Shown here piece after piece: positions 12,241-26,599 of a stretch of DNA of 64,000 bases. How positions within the stretch are numbered: the first letter of the stretch is position 1; each line of letters begins with the position of its first letter. The stretch is from the NCBI GenBank assembly GCA_028534125.1, contig CM052816.1, positions 61,072,001 to 61,136,000 on the forward strand, read 5' to 3'. The notes beneath the pieces are model-generated. The model worked only from the letters and a program-made list of their open reading frames with translations, did no database searches and was not told where the DNA came from. The translations under genes and the position numbers were made by a program. This DNA comes from Lama glama (taxonomy: Eukaryota).

Positions 12241-12319
12241 AGACTGGACCGCTCACATTAACCCCAAATTTGCATATCCAACTCCTTGTTCTATGTCTTC
12301 ATTTAATGAAGGGAATTAA

Positions 12320-14390
12320 AGGGGAAAGCAGTAATTAATGATTTAGAAAAAGGAGTAAAAATGGCAAATGAATCCAAGAGCTGGTTCTCTTTTTGGTGGG
12401 ACTAGAAGCATATAAACATGAAGAATTTCCCAGTAATTATAAAGATATAAAACACCAGCAGGAATCAGAATGGGAACTTTACAGCACAGATAAAAACTAT
12501 TTTTGTATTTGGGAGTAAATATAGACCTTTATACACCATATAGCAAAACAAACAGGCATTTTAAAAAAAATTCTGTTCAAATATATAGTGATGTGTTTTA
12601 ACTTTTGCATGATTTTTTATATAAGTATAAACTTAAAAACTGTCTCAAGACATTGAAAATCATTGGTGAAGTTTAAAGGTTTATCAATAAATTACTTCTT
12701 TGAAAGACACTAAGCATCTGAGCACTTGCAAACTTACAACGAATGAAATTTGATCATAAGGTTCAGGACTCCTAAGAAATACGGAAAACTTCCCAATTCA
12801 TGTTAATAAATTCAATATAACTGATACCAACACCTATCAAAGTTAGCATAAAGTATCCATATACTATTCATGTTGAAGGATACTTCAAAAAATCCTAAAT
12901 TATACAGAATAAACTCAAATACAGTAGTATACTACTAAACATGACTAAAGAGAGTCAATTCTAGGAATGCCAAGATTAACAGACACAAGAAATATCTATT
13001 AAGAGTATATCAAACAAGCAGATGGAAAAGAATGGGGGGAGGGAGATGGATCTTGCTGACAAGGTCAAAAGGGAATCTAATAAAAGACAACATTCACTCT
13101 TGACAAGAATTTAAATAAACTAGAAACAGGTTATTTCTTCAATAAAAAGCCACCATCAGCATCATGTTCAAGAAAATAAAATACTAGATGTTCCTATGAA
13201 GATTAGAACGAATATCAGCGCTATCAAGAATGTGAAAAAGATAACTCACAGAATGGAAGGAAGTATTTGTAAATCATATATTTGATAAGGGACTTGTATC
13301 CAGAATATAAAAAGAACTCTGAGAACTCAACAATAAAAAGACAAATAACAAAACTTAATAACAGGCAAAGGATTTAAATAGGCATTTCTCCAAAGATATA
13401 CTAATGGCAAATAAGCATATAAAAAGCTGCTCATTATCATTAGTCATTAGAGAAATATAAATCAAAACCACAAAGAAAACAACAAGGACCTACTGTATAG
13501 CACAGGGAACTATATTCAATATCTTGTAATAACCCGTAATGGAAAAGAACATGAAAAAGAATAAATATATGTGTGTGCAACAGAATTATTTGCTTTACAC
13601 CAGAAACTAATACTGTAAATCAACTATACTTCAATTTAAAAAAAAAGGAAATAAAACCACAAAGAGAAAAATTTTACACCAACTAGGGATGGCTATACTA
13701 AAAAAACAGGTACTGGGACAAATGTGGAGAAACTGGAACCCTCATACATTGCAGATGTAAATGTAAAACTGGTGTAGTCACTTTTGGAAAACAATTTGGC
13801 AGTTCCTCCCCAAAATTAAACATAGTTACCACAGGACTCAACAATTCCACTTCCAGGTATATAAACAAGAAGACCGAAAACAACTGCTTTCAGAAAAACT
13901 TCTAACTAATGTTCTTAGAAGCATGATCCACAGTGGCCAAAAAGTGGAAACAATCTAATATCCATCAACTAATGAATGGATGGACAAAATGTTTTACATC
14001 TATATAATAAAATATGTATTATTCAGCTATAAAAAAAGAGAGAAACTACTGTAACATGATACAGCATGAAAGAACTTGAAAACATGCTATAGTAAAGAAG
14101 CCAGATACAAAAGGCCAAATGATGATTCCATTTTTATGAAATGTCTTGAAATTTATAGAAACAGAAAGTAGATTAGTGGTTGCCAGGGTCAAGGGGCAGT
14201 GGGGAACAGGAGTGACTGCTAATGAGTATGGGGTTTTGGGGGGGTGATAAGATTTTTTTGGAATTAGATGATGATGGTTGCAGAGCCTTGTAAATGTACA
14301 AAAAAACTGGACTGTACACTTTAAACAGGTGAATTTTTCTATGTGTGAACTATAGCTTGACTGAAAAATATCTTAAAGAAGAAAAAAAGA
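12320..14390 (+). mobile_element. L1 composite (old ORF2 remnant plus L1MB-like 3' end)
   Basis: gtaaatcatatatttgataagggacttgtatccagaatata...gtagattagtggttgccaggg...A-rich end. Confidence 0.8.
13477..13652 (+). mobile_element. Short younger L1 3' end nested in older L1
   Basis: aacaacaaggacctactgtatagcacagggaac...tcaatttaaaaaaaa; 13-bp TSD aaaaccacaaaga at 13464-13476 and 13653-13665. Confidence 0.9.
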
Positions 14391-14494
14391 AAACGACCAG
14401 GACACTAGTTAATACCCCTATGGTGAACACAATAGATTCCAAACCGATTTCCTAATCCTGTTCAGTTGGCACCTGACTTTTTACTTAAAATTAT

Positions 14495-14645
14495 CTTTTT
14501 CTTTCTCACTAAACAGTATGCTTTTTTTTTTTTTTACAGGGGAGGTAATTATTTATTATTTTTTTAATGGAGGTACTGGGGATTGAACCCAGGACCTTGT
14601 GCATGCTAAGCATGTGCTCTACCACCTGAGCTGTATCCTTCCCCC
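14495..14645 (-). mobile_element. tRNA-derived SINE (Vic-1-like) with TSD
   Basis: ggggattgaacccaggaccttgtgcatgctaagc...gagctgtatccttccccc; TSD ttacttaaaattat at 14481-14494 and 14646-14659. Confidence 0.9.
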
Positions 14646-16597
14646 TTACTTAAAATTATTTTACTACATTTCTTTTCCATTTAAAAACTTAAAATATTTT
14701 AAGTTACTTACACCCCAAACTCCACAATCCAATCCCAATTTACAACTTCACTGAGTCAAAGGACCTTTGCTCAGGTGAGGCCTTATAGCTTACTACAGAT
14801 TCGTTCTTTCCACCTGACACTTCAATATGCTAATTATTTCTTTGGTTCTTTCAGTGGTGTTTTAAATGAAGTTGTCTATAAATAAAATGTTTTTATGCAG
14901 TGTGTACACTGCCCTAGAAACTGAGCCAAACCTGTTGAAAAGCATGACCTGATTTGCAAATCCTGGACACAAGTGCCATAGTGCTTGAAATTCCACCATT
15001 AGCTATTTATTTTGGACCCTCTCCAAACAACCTCTATTAAAACGCAAATCTACCTCGTGAAGACAAGGCCCTGATTTCTTAAGGTGAATTTCTTTATATT
15101 TTTTCCTAAGTTCATGAGAAAAGAAGCTATACGGAAGAAACCATGAGCAGATGAGAAAAAGTTAGAAATCAGCAAACAAACAAAACAAAAAACAAAAAAC
15201 CACACAAACGAGAGGCCAGGTTGAAATTGCTATGTTACTGTAAAACTAATGTGTTTGTTTTGAGGTTAACTTAGCCTAAGCATGATTATAAACATCACAA
15301 ACATTCTAAAGAAAACCAGATCAGTCTCAATGCCTTGTTACAAAAGGATTTTAAAAGTTATTATTAACAATTATAAGTAAAGCTTAAACATAATACCACC
15401 ACTTGATTAAAGTCTTTATGTATTACGAAGTATCACTTTTAGTAGGATTCAGATTAATATTTTAGCTATATTATTTATAATTCTATTTAGTCACCTCCAA
15501 AATCCTTTAGAGATAAAGACATTCAATTTTTAACTAAAACAGCATCACATATGTAGAGAAAAACAAAGAAAAACAAAATGTTAAGCTTCTTCTACTACTA
15601 AACATCCCACCTAAACTTAAAGCCTCCTGGGCTTACCTAATTCATAATGTGTGGAATTAGCCTTGATTTTTCAAATGTTACTGTTGCAAGTACTTTTTAA
15701 AAATAAATTTCTTTAAAATTCTCTGTAGAAAAGAAAGTGGTAAAATGTTAGAGCAGCTAAAAACTGCCAAGTGCTTTATACCAAGTTCATTCACATACTG
15801 AACTCTGACTCCATCTAAATTAGGTATTACATACACATTTAAGTATAAACAAAGGTAACAGGACAAATAAGAGGCAAGTCTCAAGACTGGTATAACAGTG
15901 TTCCATACTAGCAATGACTCTCAATGAATATCAGGACAACTTAGATCCAAAAGTGTCAAGGGCCAACATGATAATAATTACACTTTCAATATTTCTGTTG
16001 AGAAAACATTTATATGCATATGAGTTTGAGAGTCTTTTGCAATAAAACCCCATGGCCTATGGGTGGAAACAGTTCTAAAATTTCAATACAGATATTCTGT
16101 CTATACCAAAATGGGTGATAGGAAAAAAAAACATAGCAGACACCTTTAGTATAACTTCCCAATTCACAATGACCCCTACCTTCTCTGAGAAAAGATGATC
16201 ACAAATCCATAAAATATTACCTCCATGCAATTTAAAAAATATAGCCTTTAAGGCAATACAATGGAGCAAAGACAGTTGTTTCAATGAATGGTGCCAGAAC
16301 AATCAATCACAGCTAAAAATATAAACCTAGACACAGACCTTATATCTGTCATAAAAATTAACTCAAAATGGATCATAGGCCTAAACATAAAATACAAAAA
16401 ACTATAAAACTCCTAGAGATAACATAGGAGAAAACCTAGATGAGCTTGGATATGGTGATTATGTTTTAGACACAACATCAAAGGCACAATCCATGAAAGA
16501 AATAATTGATAAGCTGGACTCCACTAAAATCATAAACCTGCTGTGCAAAAGACAATGTCAAGAGAATGAGAAACAAGCAATAGACTGGCAGAAAATA

Positions 16598-18290
16598 CAG
16601 CTGGCCCTCCATATCCACGGGTTCTGTAACCTCGGATTCAACCAACACAATAAAAAATATTTGAAAAAAAGACAGCCACTTCAAGCGGTATTGGGAAAAG
16701 TGGACAGCAGCATGGTAATCAATGAAGTTAGAACACTTCCTCACTCCATACACAAAAATAACTCAAAATGGCTTAATGATATAATGTAAGACAAGACACA
16801 ATAAATCTCCGAGAAAAAGACATAGGCAAAACATTCTCGGACATAAATCTTAGCAATGTTCTTCTAGGGCAGTCAACCCAGTCAATAGGAATAGGAGCAA
16901 AAATAAACAAATCGGACCTAATTAAACTTACAAGCTTCTGCACAGCAAAGGAAACCCTAAGCAAAACAAAATGACAACCTACGGAATAGGACAAAATATT
17001 TGCAAAAGATGAGACTGACAAGGGCTTGATTTCCAGAAAATATAAACAGCTCATACGCCTTAATAAGAAAAAAAAACTCAATCCAAAAATGGGCAGAAGA
17101 CCTAAACAAGCAATTCTCCAATGAAGACATATGAATGGCCAATAGGTGCATGAAAAAATGCTTAATACCACTAATTATCAGAGAAATGCATATCAAAACT
17201 ATAATGAGGTATTACCTTACACCAGTCAGAATGGCTATCATTCAGAAGTCCAAGAACGATAAATGATGGAGAGGGTGTGGAAGAAAGGGAACACTCCTAC
17301 ACTGTGGGTGAGAATGTAGTTTGGTACAGCCATTATGGAAAACAGTATGAAGGTTCCTTAAAAAACTAAAAACAGACTTACCATATGATCCAACAATTCC
17401 ACTTCTGGGTATTTATCTGGTGGGAACACTAATTCAAAAAGATACATGCACCCCAGTGTTCACAGCAGCACTATATACAATAGCCAAGACACAGAAATAA
17501 CCTAAATGTCTACCAACAGATGACTGGATAAAGTTGTGGTATATGTATACAGTGGAATACTACTCAGCCATAAAAAGAATAAAATAATGCCTTCTTCAGC
17601 AACATGGATGGACCTAGAGATCATCATTCTAAGTGAAGTAAGCCAGAAAGAGAAAGAAAAATACCATATATCACTCAAATGTGGAATCTAAAAAAAAAAG
17701 AATAAAAAAAGGACACTATTAACTCATCTACAAAACAAACACTCACAGACACAGTAAACACTCTTATGGTTACTGGGGTAAGGGGGTGGGAAGGGACAAA
17801 TCTGGGAGTTTGATGTTTACAAATGTTAGCCATTATATATAAAAATACATTTTTTTAAAGTTTCTTTTGTATAGCACAGGGAACTATGCTGAATATTGTA
17901 AAATAGCCTTTAATGAAGAAGAATATGAAAATGAATATTAAGTATATATATCCATGACTGGGACATTGTGCTGCACACCAAAAAATGACACATTGTAACT
18001 GTACATATGTAAATAAATAAATAAATAAACAAATTTGAAAAAAAGTTCCAGTAATTTCCAAAAAGCAAAACTTGGATCTGCTGCAAGCTGGCAATTACTT
18101 ACACAGCATTTACATTTTATTAGGTATTATAAGTAATCCAAGATGATTTAAAGTATATGGGGCAGATGTGCCTTGGTTTTATGCAAAAACTATGACATTT
18201 TACAGGAGGAACTGAGCATCCTCAGATTTGGGGACCTTGGAGCAGGGGAAGGTCCTGGAATCAGCTGCCCCATAGATACTGGGAGGACTG
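16598..18290 (-). mobile_element. MER2-family (TcMar-Tigger) MITE split by an L1 (arms 16598-16671 and 18033-18290)
   Basis: TIRs cagctggccctccatatc and gatactgggaggactg; TA / CA flanks; internal ttaggtattataagtaatc...gatgatttaaagtata. Confidence 0.8.
16672..18032 (+). mobile_element. Young 5'-truncated L1 (ORF2 C-terminus and 3'UTR)
   Basis: Well-preserved L1 sequence with (AAAT)n tail; perfect 13-bp TSD atttgaaaaaaag at 16659-16671 and 18033-18045. Confidence 0.92.
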
Positions 18291-20184
18291 CATTTGCAAA
18301 AGACACATCTGATAAAGGACTGCTATCCAAAATACACAAAGAACTGAAAACTCAACAATAAGAAAACAATCCAATTAAAATATTGGCCAAAGATCTTAAC
18401 ACTTTCACCTCACCAAAAAAGATATACAGATGGCAAATAAGCATATGAAAAGATGCTCCACATCATATGTCATCAGGGAAATGTAAATTAAAACTAGATA
18501 CCACCGTAAACCTATTAGAATAACCAAAACCTGGATCTCTGACAACACCAAATGCTGGTGAGAATGTGAAACTCATTCAATGGTGATGAAAATGCAAAGT
18601 GGTACAGCCACTCTGGAAGACAGCTTGGCAGTATCTTACAAAACTAAATATACTCTTACCATACAATCCAGCAATCATGCTCTTTAGTATTTATCCAAAA
18701 GAGTTGGAAATTCATGACCACAAAAAAACCTGCACATGAAGTTTTATAGCAGCTTTACTCATCACTGCTATTACTTGAAAGCAACCAAGTCCTTCAGTAG
18801 GTGAATGGATAAATAAACTGTGGTACATCCAGACAATGGATTAGTCAGAGGTAAGAAGTGTGTTATCAAGCCATACGGGAATCTTAAATACAATCTGCAA
18901 AGCAGAAGCCTGAAAAGACTACACACAAACTCAAATATGATTCCAACTACAAGACATTCCAGAAAAGGCAAAACTATGGAAATAGTGAATAGATCAGACG
19001 TTTCCAGTAGTTGGGGATAGGAAGAAGATGAAAAGGCAGAACACAGAGGATTCTTAGGGCAGCGAAACTACTCTGTATGACGCTATAATGATGAATACAT
19101 GTCATTACACATTTGTCCAAATCCACAGAATGTACAACACCAAGAGTGAACCTAAAAATAAACTAAGGACTTGGGTGATCATTACGTGTCAATGTAGGTT
19201 CACTAACTGTATCAAATGCACCACTCTGGTGAGGGATGGTGATGATAGGAGAGACTATGCATGTGTAGCAACAAGGGGTCTACAGTAATCTGTATCTTAC
19301 GCTCAACTTTGCTGTGAATCTAAATATGCTCTGAAAGATCAAATCTATTTTAAAAAAGAACAACTAGTCCTGAAATTTTACTTATTATGAAAAAAGAATG
19401 GCTGTACATTAGCTGAAGAATTACAGTATGTCAGCAGTACTCGTATTCCAACAGGCAACCCCTGGTGTTAAGTAATACCTCACTCTAAGTCACCTCTTTC
19501 AATTACCTGAAAAATTTTCTCTTTTTAAAGGTTTATTAATCAAGCAAACTGGGACACTACGCTGCCCAAAACTTGAAATTTCTTGAGATTACGAGGATTT
19601 TTTTTCTAATAGCAGACGTGATTGGTTATACTATTGGAAATCTTAAAAATCCATTAAGCCAAAATCATGTGCATCATATGCTTTGGTGTTTTAGTGGTCT
19701 CAGTAAAGCTTGTACATTAGGTGCCAGAAGTAGCTCTAAATCCATCTCCTGAGGCAACTACAAGCTTTACAACAGCAAGTACCCCCTGCAGAGAAGAAAT
19801 GGCCATCTAGTCAGACATAAATAAATACTTATCAACTTTCTTAATATGATGATAAACATACCATTTCCTCAACTGATTTTCAGAGCATCAGTAAGCAAAA
19901 GAGAATTCTGATATGCAATTCTTTCACTAGAAAGTGAAATCCTGAAATTGTCTGCTACTCAGCTTGCCAAAGTCCATATTAGAACAATGATGGTTAACAG
20001 GGTATACAAAATACTGTTTCCATCCATGTCTATTTTAACCCTCAGATCAAGTTAGAGTACCAAAACTGAAAACACACACACAAAAATCTATTAATTTTGA
20101 AGCACATTAGCCTAGATCCATTTTTGCTGAGTTTTTCGGTGTATTATATTCTTTTTATTAAATATGTGTATATTTTTATGTGAT

Positions 20185-20322
20185 GACATGATGTGGTACA
20201 TCTTTTCATATGTTTATTTGCCACCTGTATATCTTCTTTGGTGAGGTGAGAATGTTGAAATCTTTGGCCAGTTTTTTTGATTGGATTGTTTGTTTTCTTA
20301 TTGTTGGGTTTACAGAGTTCTC
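20185..20322 (-). mobile_element. L1 fragment
   Basis: catcttttcatatgtttatttgccacctgtatatcttctttggtgag...ttggattgtttgttttcttattgttg. Confidence 0.8.
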
Positions 20323-21769
20323 TGTGTGTGTCTGTATAATATATACACACACACGTATGTCTGTGTGTATGTGTATATATTAAAAAGAGCCTGAGAGCTA
20401 CAGAATGTGTTGTTAAATTGTTGTCAACAACACTGTCCATTCATTACTCAATAGCTCTTACATAAGGGAATTCATATCTTATAAATCAATTAGAATTTAA
20501 TGTAAAGAAAATCTTTTGTCTCTCTTGGAGAACTTGTGACATATTTCTTTGTTTACGGTAATGAGAACCTTGGCTCCCAGGAAGCTTAGCTAAATCTGAT
20601 GTTCTACCACAGCAATAATGTTAAATTACTTTAAAGTTATTTATTTCCTCACTGTTTTCATTGGATCTGATTCTCCTATTTCTATTAACCAGTACTCACA
20701 TCCTATCAGAAGTCACCTCAAATGTTATTTTTAAGAATAGTGAAAAACAAAATCAAATTGAACACACAGGGATCTTCATAAATAATTCTGTCATATGGTG
20801 AAAAAAGAAAAGAAAAAAAAATTCAAGGTTGCCCTTGAATTATCATTTGACAAGCTCTCCAAACAGACCCCTAAAATGCTTAAGTTATACAGCAAATGGA
20901 CTGCATAAGAGGCTGAATGACACAACAAATCCTGGCAAGAGAACACCTACGTGCCTCAGGTTATCTGTTTACCAGATTAAAGGTAGAGCTACTCAAAGAT
21001 GAGGAATATAATTTAAATAGGGCTTCATATATTTGTTCCTTGTCGTCTCCCGAGCCTAGAATAGCTCTTAGCACAAAGTAGGTGCTTAAATGTTGTTATA
21101 AATAACTTCTAAAGCTAGAAAGGAACAGAATCCAGATTCTATATTATCCTCCAGAAATCCGCCTCAAATCCTTGCTCCTACGTGGTAAGCAGACTATATA
21201 TAGGTGAGACACTGTAGTGCAAGAAAAACCTGCACTCCATAAACTGATACACTGAAACCTCTTCACCTTGTATACAATCAAAGGAATAAACACTCTAAGA
21301 AAGTGCCCAATGTTAGTAAATACTCCAATGCATGGCAGAAGATAGTAGGTTAAAAAGCAAAGCAGAATTTTTGTTTTGTCTTTTTAAGGTAAATGCTATC
21401 TATATTCCACATAAGTAGGTCTAAATTAATTTATCAAGTATAAATCAAGAATCTGTTTAATTATGTTTTATGCTATAAAAATAACAGGTGGAAACAGTAT
21501 AAAATTCCATCAATAATAAACTATAACAGAGCTACATTATAAAACCATTAAAATGGTGTCTTTTATGCACAAATGGGAAATTGCTCATAATAAAAAGGAA
21601 AAAGCTAGGACCAACTTTTTTTTAAACTATAAGTATATAATCTCAGGCATACAAGTTTAAGAAAAAACTAGAAAGAAACACAACAAGCATTAACAGTAAT
21701 TATCTCAGAGAGGGGTAACTACATGTGATTTATTTTCTGTTTTGTACTTTTCCTCATGTTAAAAAGTGT

Positions 21770-23410
21770 CTATACACACAAATATTTCCAAGTGATTTTC
21801 AACAAAGATGCAAAACAATTCAAAAGGGGAAGAATACATTCTTTTCAAGAAACTGCTGGAGCAACTGGATATCCAGAGGCTGAAAAAAAAATCCTTGACC
21901 TAAATCTCACATCTTATACAAAAAGTGACTCAAAATAGACCACAGATTTGAATGTAAAATGATAAAGCTTTCAGAAAAATACAAAGAGAAAATTTTCAGA
22001 ATGGGTAAGTAAGCAAAGAGTCTTAGGCACAAACCATAAAAAGTGACAAAATTGCACTTCATGAAACTAAAAACTTTTGCTCTGCAAAAGATCCTGTTTA
22101 AAAGAATGAAAAGGTAAGCTATAGGACACTGCATTCGCAAACCACATATCGAGAAAGAATCAGTATCTATAATACATTAAAACTCTCAAAATTCAACAGT
22201 AAAAAAAAGAAATCAGTTAGAAAATGGAAAAAAGACATGAACAGACACTGCACTGAAGAAACATACAGATGGTAAAAAACTACATAAAAGATGTTCAACA
22301 TCACTATAGCCATTACAGAAATGCAAAGTAAAATACGATACCTGTTAAGACTACATACCTATAAGAAAGGCTAAAATAAAAAATAGTAAGAAAGACATGA
22401 TAAACACATCAAATAAGGATGGCAAGGATGTAAAAAAACTTGATCTCTCATACACTACTGCTGAGAATAATGCAAACCAATACAGCCAGTCTGGAAAACA
22501 CTGATAGTTTCTTATAAAATTAAACTAACACAGTAATTACACTCTTAGACATTTATTCTTGAAAAATGAGAACATATCTCCACACAAAATCCTGTACAAG
22601 AATGTTCAGAGCAACTTTATTCGTAAAAGTCAAAAACCAGAAATAACCTAGATGTCCTTCAAAGTGAAAATATTAAACAAACTGGCAGTACATCCATCTT
22701 GTAAAACACCATTCAGTGATAAAAATCAAAGAGCTATTACTATAAACAAAAACTCTGATGAATCTCCAGGGAATGAGGCAATTTGCCAATCCCAAAAGTT
22801 ACATACTACACGATTCCATTCATAGTTTTGAAAAGACAAAAAAAAAAAAAGGGGGGGTGGAGGAGAATATGGGAGGGAGATGGGTACAGTAGTAATAAAA
22901 GGGCAACAACAGGGATTCTTGTGATGATGAAACTATTTTGTATATTGACTATCAATTGTAATAGCCTGGTTGTGATACTGTACTATAATCCTGTGAGATG
23001 CTGCCTGCATCTACAAACCAGAAATGGACTCACGGACAAAGAAAACAAACTGGTTATGGCGGGGAATAGATTAGGAGTTTGGGATTAACAAATAAACATT
23101 ACTGTGTATAAAATAGATAAACAACATGGACCTACTGTATAGCACAGGGAATTATATTCAGTTTCTTATAACAAGTCATAACAGAAAAGAAACTGAAAAA
23201 ATATATATGTATGTTTATGTGTAACCAAATTATTTTGTCTTACACCTGAAACTAACACTGTAAACTGACTACACTTCATTAAAAAATAAAAATTAAAAAA
23301 AAATTTTTTAAAGATGCTGCCTACCTCAAAGGGAAAATCTCACTGTATTATTTCTTAAAATTACAGATGATTCTACAGCTATCTCAGAATAAAAGGCTTA
23401 ATTCCAAAGA
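21770..23410 (+). mobile_element. Old L1 (L1MD/MC-like) with a nested younger L1 3' end at 23007-23311
   Basis: tgattttcaacaaagatgcaaaacaattcaa...; nested copy flanked by TSD agatgctgcct at 22996-23006 and 23312-23322. Confidence 0.85.
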
Positions 23411-23551
23411 GAAACCTGAAACACTTATAAACTGAAGGAAAAGAGAAGAGTGCTAGCATTTTTAGTTTTATTTAAACAAGAAAACATTTAGTTTAGCCAA
23501 CCAAAATATCCAAAAATAATTTAAAAACAATACAGTTTATATTTAAGTTTT

Positions 23552-23676
23552 TTGTTTAAGGGGGAAGGTAATTAGGTTTACTTATTTTATCTCTTAGAGG
23601 AGATACTGGGGATTGAACCCAGGGCCTTGTGCATGCTAAGCATGCACTCTACCACTTGAGCTATACCCTCCCTCTA
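23552..23676 (-). mobile_element. tRNA-derived SINE (Vic-1-like) with TSD
   Basis: TSD tatatttaagtttt at 23538-23551 and 23677-23690. Confidence 0.92.
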
Positions 23677-23719
23677 TATATTTAAGTTTTAAGTTAAATA
23701 GCTAAGCACTTTTAAAAAG

Positions 23720-24815
23720 TCATAAATCCAAACTAAACTCTTAGAAGAAAACAGGGCAAAAACTTCATGACATTGGATTTGGCAATGAGTTCCTGGCTAT
23801 GACATCAAATACAGAGTCAACAAAAGCAAAATTAGACAAGTAGATTTCACGAAAATTTTTTTTAAAAAGTACATCAAGCCACTATCAACAAAGTAAAAAG
23901 GCAACCCACAAAATGCGAGAAAATATCTCCAAATCATGTACCTGGAAAAGGGATTAATATTCAGAATAAAAACTCCAAAAGCTCAACAGCAAAACAACCT
24001 GATTCAAAAAATGGGCAAAGACACTTCTCCAAAGAAAACACAAAAATAAGCACATGAAAAGATGTTCAATATCACTCATCATTAGGGAAATGCAAATCAA
24101 AACTATAATGAGAGATCACCTTCACACCCATTAGGATAACTATCCAAAAAACAAAGAAAAACAGAAAATAAAGACTGGCAAGGATGTGTTGAAATTAGAC
24201 TTCTTGTTAGACCTCTTATGTACTGTTAGTGGAAATGTAAAATAGTATAGCCAACTGTGGGAAATAATATGGCAGTTCATTAAAAAATTAAAAAATGAAA
24301 TTATCATATGATTCAGCAATTCCATTTCTGGGTATATACCAAAAAGAATCGAAAGCAGGGTCTCAAAGAGTATTTGTACACCCATTTTTATGGCAGCATT
24401 ATTCACAACAGCTAAAACGTGGAAGGAACCCAAGTGTCCATGACAGATGAACAGTTAAGCAAAACGGTATATACAATGGAACAGTCAGCCTTAAGGAAAT
24501 TCTGTCATATGCTACAATACGAATGAACATTGATGACATTATGTTAAGTGAAATAAGCCAGACAAAAAGGACAAATATTCTACGATTCCATTTACATGGT
24601 GGCTGCCAGGAGCTGGGAGGAAGAGGAATGGAGCAGGGAGTTATTCTTTAATACATAGAGCTGCAATTTTGCAACATGAAAAGAGTTTTGGAGATGGGTG
24701 GTGGTGACCAATACATAACAATATGTACTTAATACCACTGAAATGTACACTTAAAAATGGTTAAGACAGTAAATTTCATATTATGTGCATTTTATCACAA
24801 TCTAAAAAAAAATGT
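23720..24815 (+). mobile_element. L1 (L1MB-like) 3' portion
   Basis: aaactcttagaagaaaacagggcaaaaacttcatgacattggatttggcaatga...tgtacacttaaaaatggttaag. Confidence 0.88.
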
Positions 24816-25244
24816 AAGTTAGAAATCCAAAGAATGGATTTCTCAAACATTTGGGGAAGTTTCAGCAGAAACAATAGTACTTGAACTGGGCTGGATGGGT
24901 GAGTAGAAAGAGGCCAAAAAAATATTCTTTTTAAATTCTGAAATTACAAATTACATACTGCTTTAGGATTAATCTTTCCATGAAACTTCTTGGCTCAAAT
25001 ATTGATGCTAACATTCTTTGTAAACTGAGCTGTATTTTAGTTATTTCTAAAATTAAAAACAATCATCCATGACGAACTGCCATGTACTGGGGATGAGGGG
25101 ATGTGTATTAACCCAAGGCGTTCTCATCTATGTGAACTCAGAACTTTTTTTCTATAATATCTGCTAAAAATATCTGGAAAACAGTGCTGTTCTAGCTTCC
25201 AGATAGAAATATAGTTCTGGGGTGGAGTGAAACACAAAGGAAGG

Positions 25245-25565
25245 AAGGATTCAGTTTTGGGGATCTGATGCACAGCACTGTGACTGATTACAGTTAATAA
25301 TATTATATACTTGAAAGTTGCTAAGAGTAGATCTTAAATGTTCTTACCACAAAAAGGATGTGAAGTGATGGAGGTGCTAGCTAACTCAAGGTGGTAATCA
25401 TATTGCAATATATTTGTATCAAATCAACTCACTGTACATCTTCAACTTACACAATGTTACACATCAATTATATCTCAATAAAGGTGGAAGAGGGAGGGGG
25501 CAGGGAAAACGAGAATTGAAAGGAGGCACAAAATAAAATAAACCTTTGGCATGTTAAAAAAAAAA
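25245..25565 (+). mobile_element. L1 3' end fragment (L1MA-like)
   Basis: acttgaaagttgctaagagtagatcttaaatgttct...tcaattatatctcaataaag. Confidence 0.8.
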
Positions 25566-25619
25566 TAGTGCTATTCTAAAGAGACCGTATACTCCACAAC
25601 ATATCTAAGAAAATTCTGG

Positions 25620-25790
25620 TATAAGGGAAAAGCCACAGAGTCAGGAAACCTGAATTTATTTTTTGAACCTAACTTTCATCACTAACAAACTAAATGACCT
25701 CCAGGATTTCACTTCCCTCTCTAGGCCAATAGTTTCCTCGTATGTTAATGAAAAAGAAAAAGCTGGTTACCTTGACTAGACTATTTCTAA
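25620..25790 (+). mobile_element. MIR fragment
   Basis: gagtcaggaaacctga...tgacc...tcacttccctctctaggcc..agtttcctc. Confidence 0.55.
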
Positions 25791-26599
25791 GTTAGTCATA
25801 AAATCCACTGAATCTGAGGGAAGTATCAGCATCTGGAGGAACACCTTTCACTTACACCAAATTACCTATTAAATATATTACAAGGAAGGATAAGATCAAG
25901 GTCAGTGAAATATGTAAATTGACTAGAGTAAACCCGGGGAGGGAGTGAGTAGAGGCAAAGATCTCTTCGGAAACATTTACATAACTGGAGAGTTTACTAT
26001 TATAATCAAATAAAGGATCAAAATAACTGTCATTAAAAGATATATACATAATTACTACTGTGTATCACACTAAATACTAAGTAGTTCAAGGAAAATGCTC
26101 ATAAGTAGTATTATTTTTCTCAGAAGTAAATCAAAAAGCAGCTAAGGAACATCAAGGTTCACGACGCCATTCTCACAGCACTGAAGACACCTTCAAGAGG
26201 CACTTAAGGAGCAGAACAGTAGCAGAAGGGACCACCTTCTACTTAAATCAGCCCAAGGACTTTTGCTTCTGTAACACAAAATACTCAGAGTTTAGTAAGT
26301 TTTCTTCTTCTCCTTCCCATTCCCACAGCCAGACAATGCTAGAAAAAGAAAATACAGTATGATTAAATGGAGGCTTCTGGGTGACGATAAAAATCTCCTA
26401 TCCCCTTACTGAAGATTAATCAGGCTGCAATACTAATGGTGGTGGATGATCTCACAGACTGGAAAGAAATGAGGGAAGAATTTTATAGTTAAAAGGATGG
26501 GTCATTAAGTACTTGTTAGTATGCATATTAAATTATAAAACATGAGACTATACAATTAATATATTTAATTCAATCAATTAATATATTTACAATTCAATT

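Larger units (their letters stand above)
16240..19360 (+). mobile_element. Old L1 (L1MC-like) ORF2 end and 3'UTR; host of nested elements
   Basis: L1 sequence runs ...gactggcagaaaata| at 16597 and resumes |tttgcaaaagacacatctgataaaggact at ~18293. Confidence 0.85.

Noticed and set aside
16478..17196. Cluster of ORFs on both strands
   Set aside because: Sense and antisense translations of nested L1/MER2 sequence.
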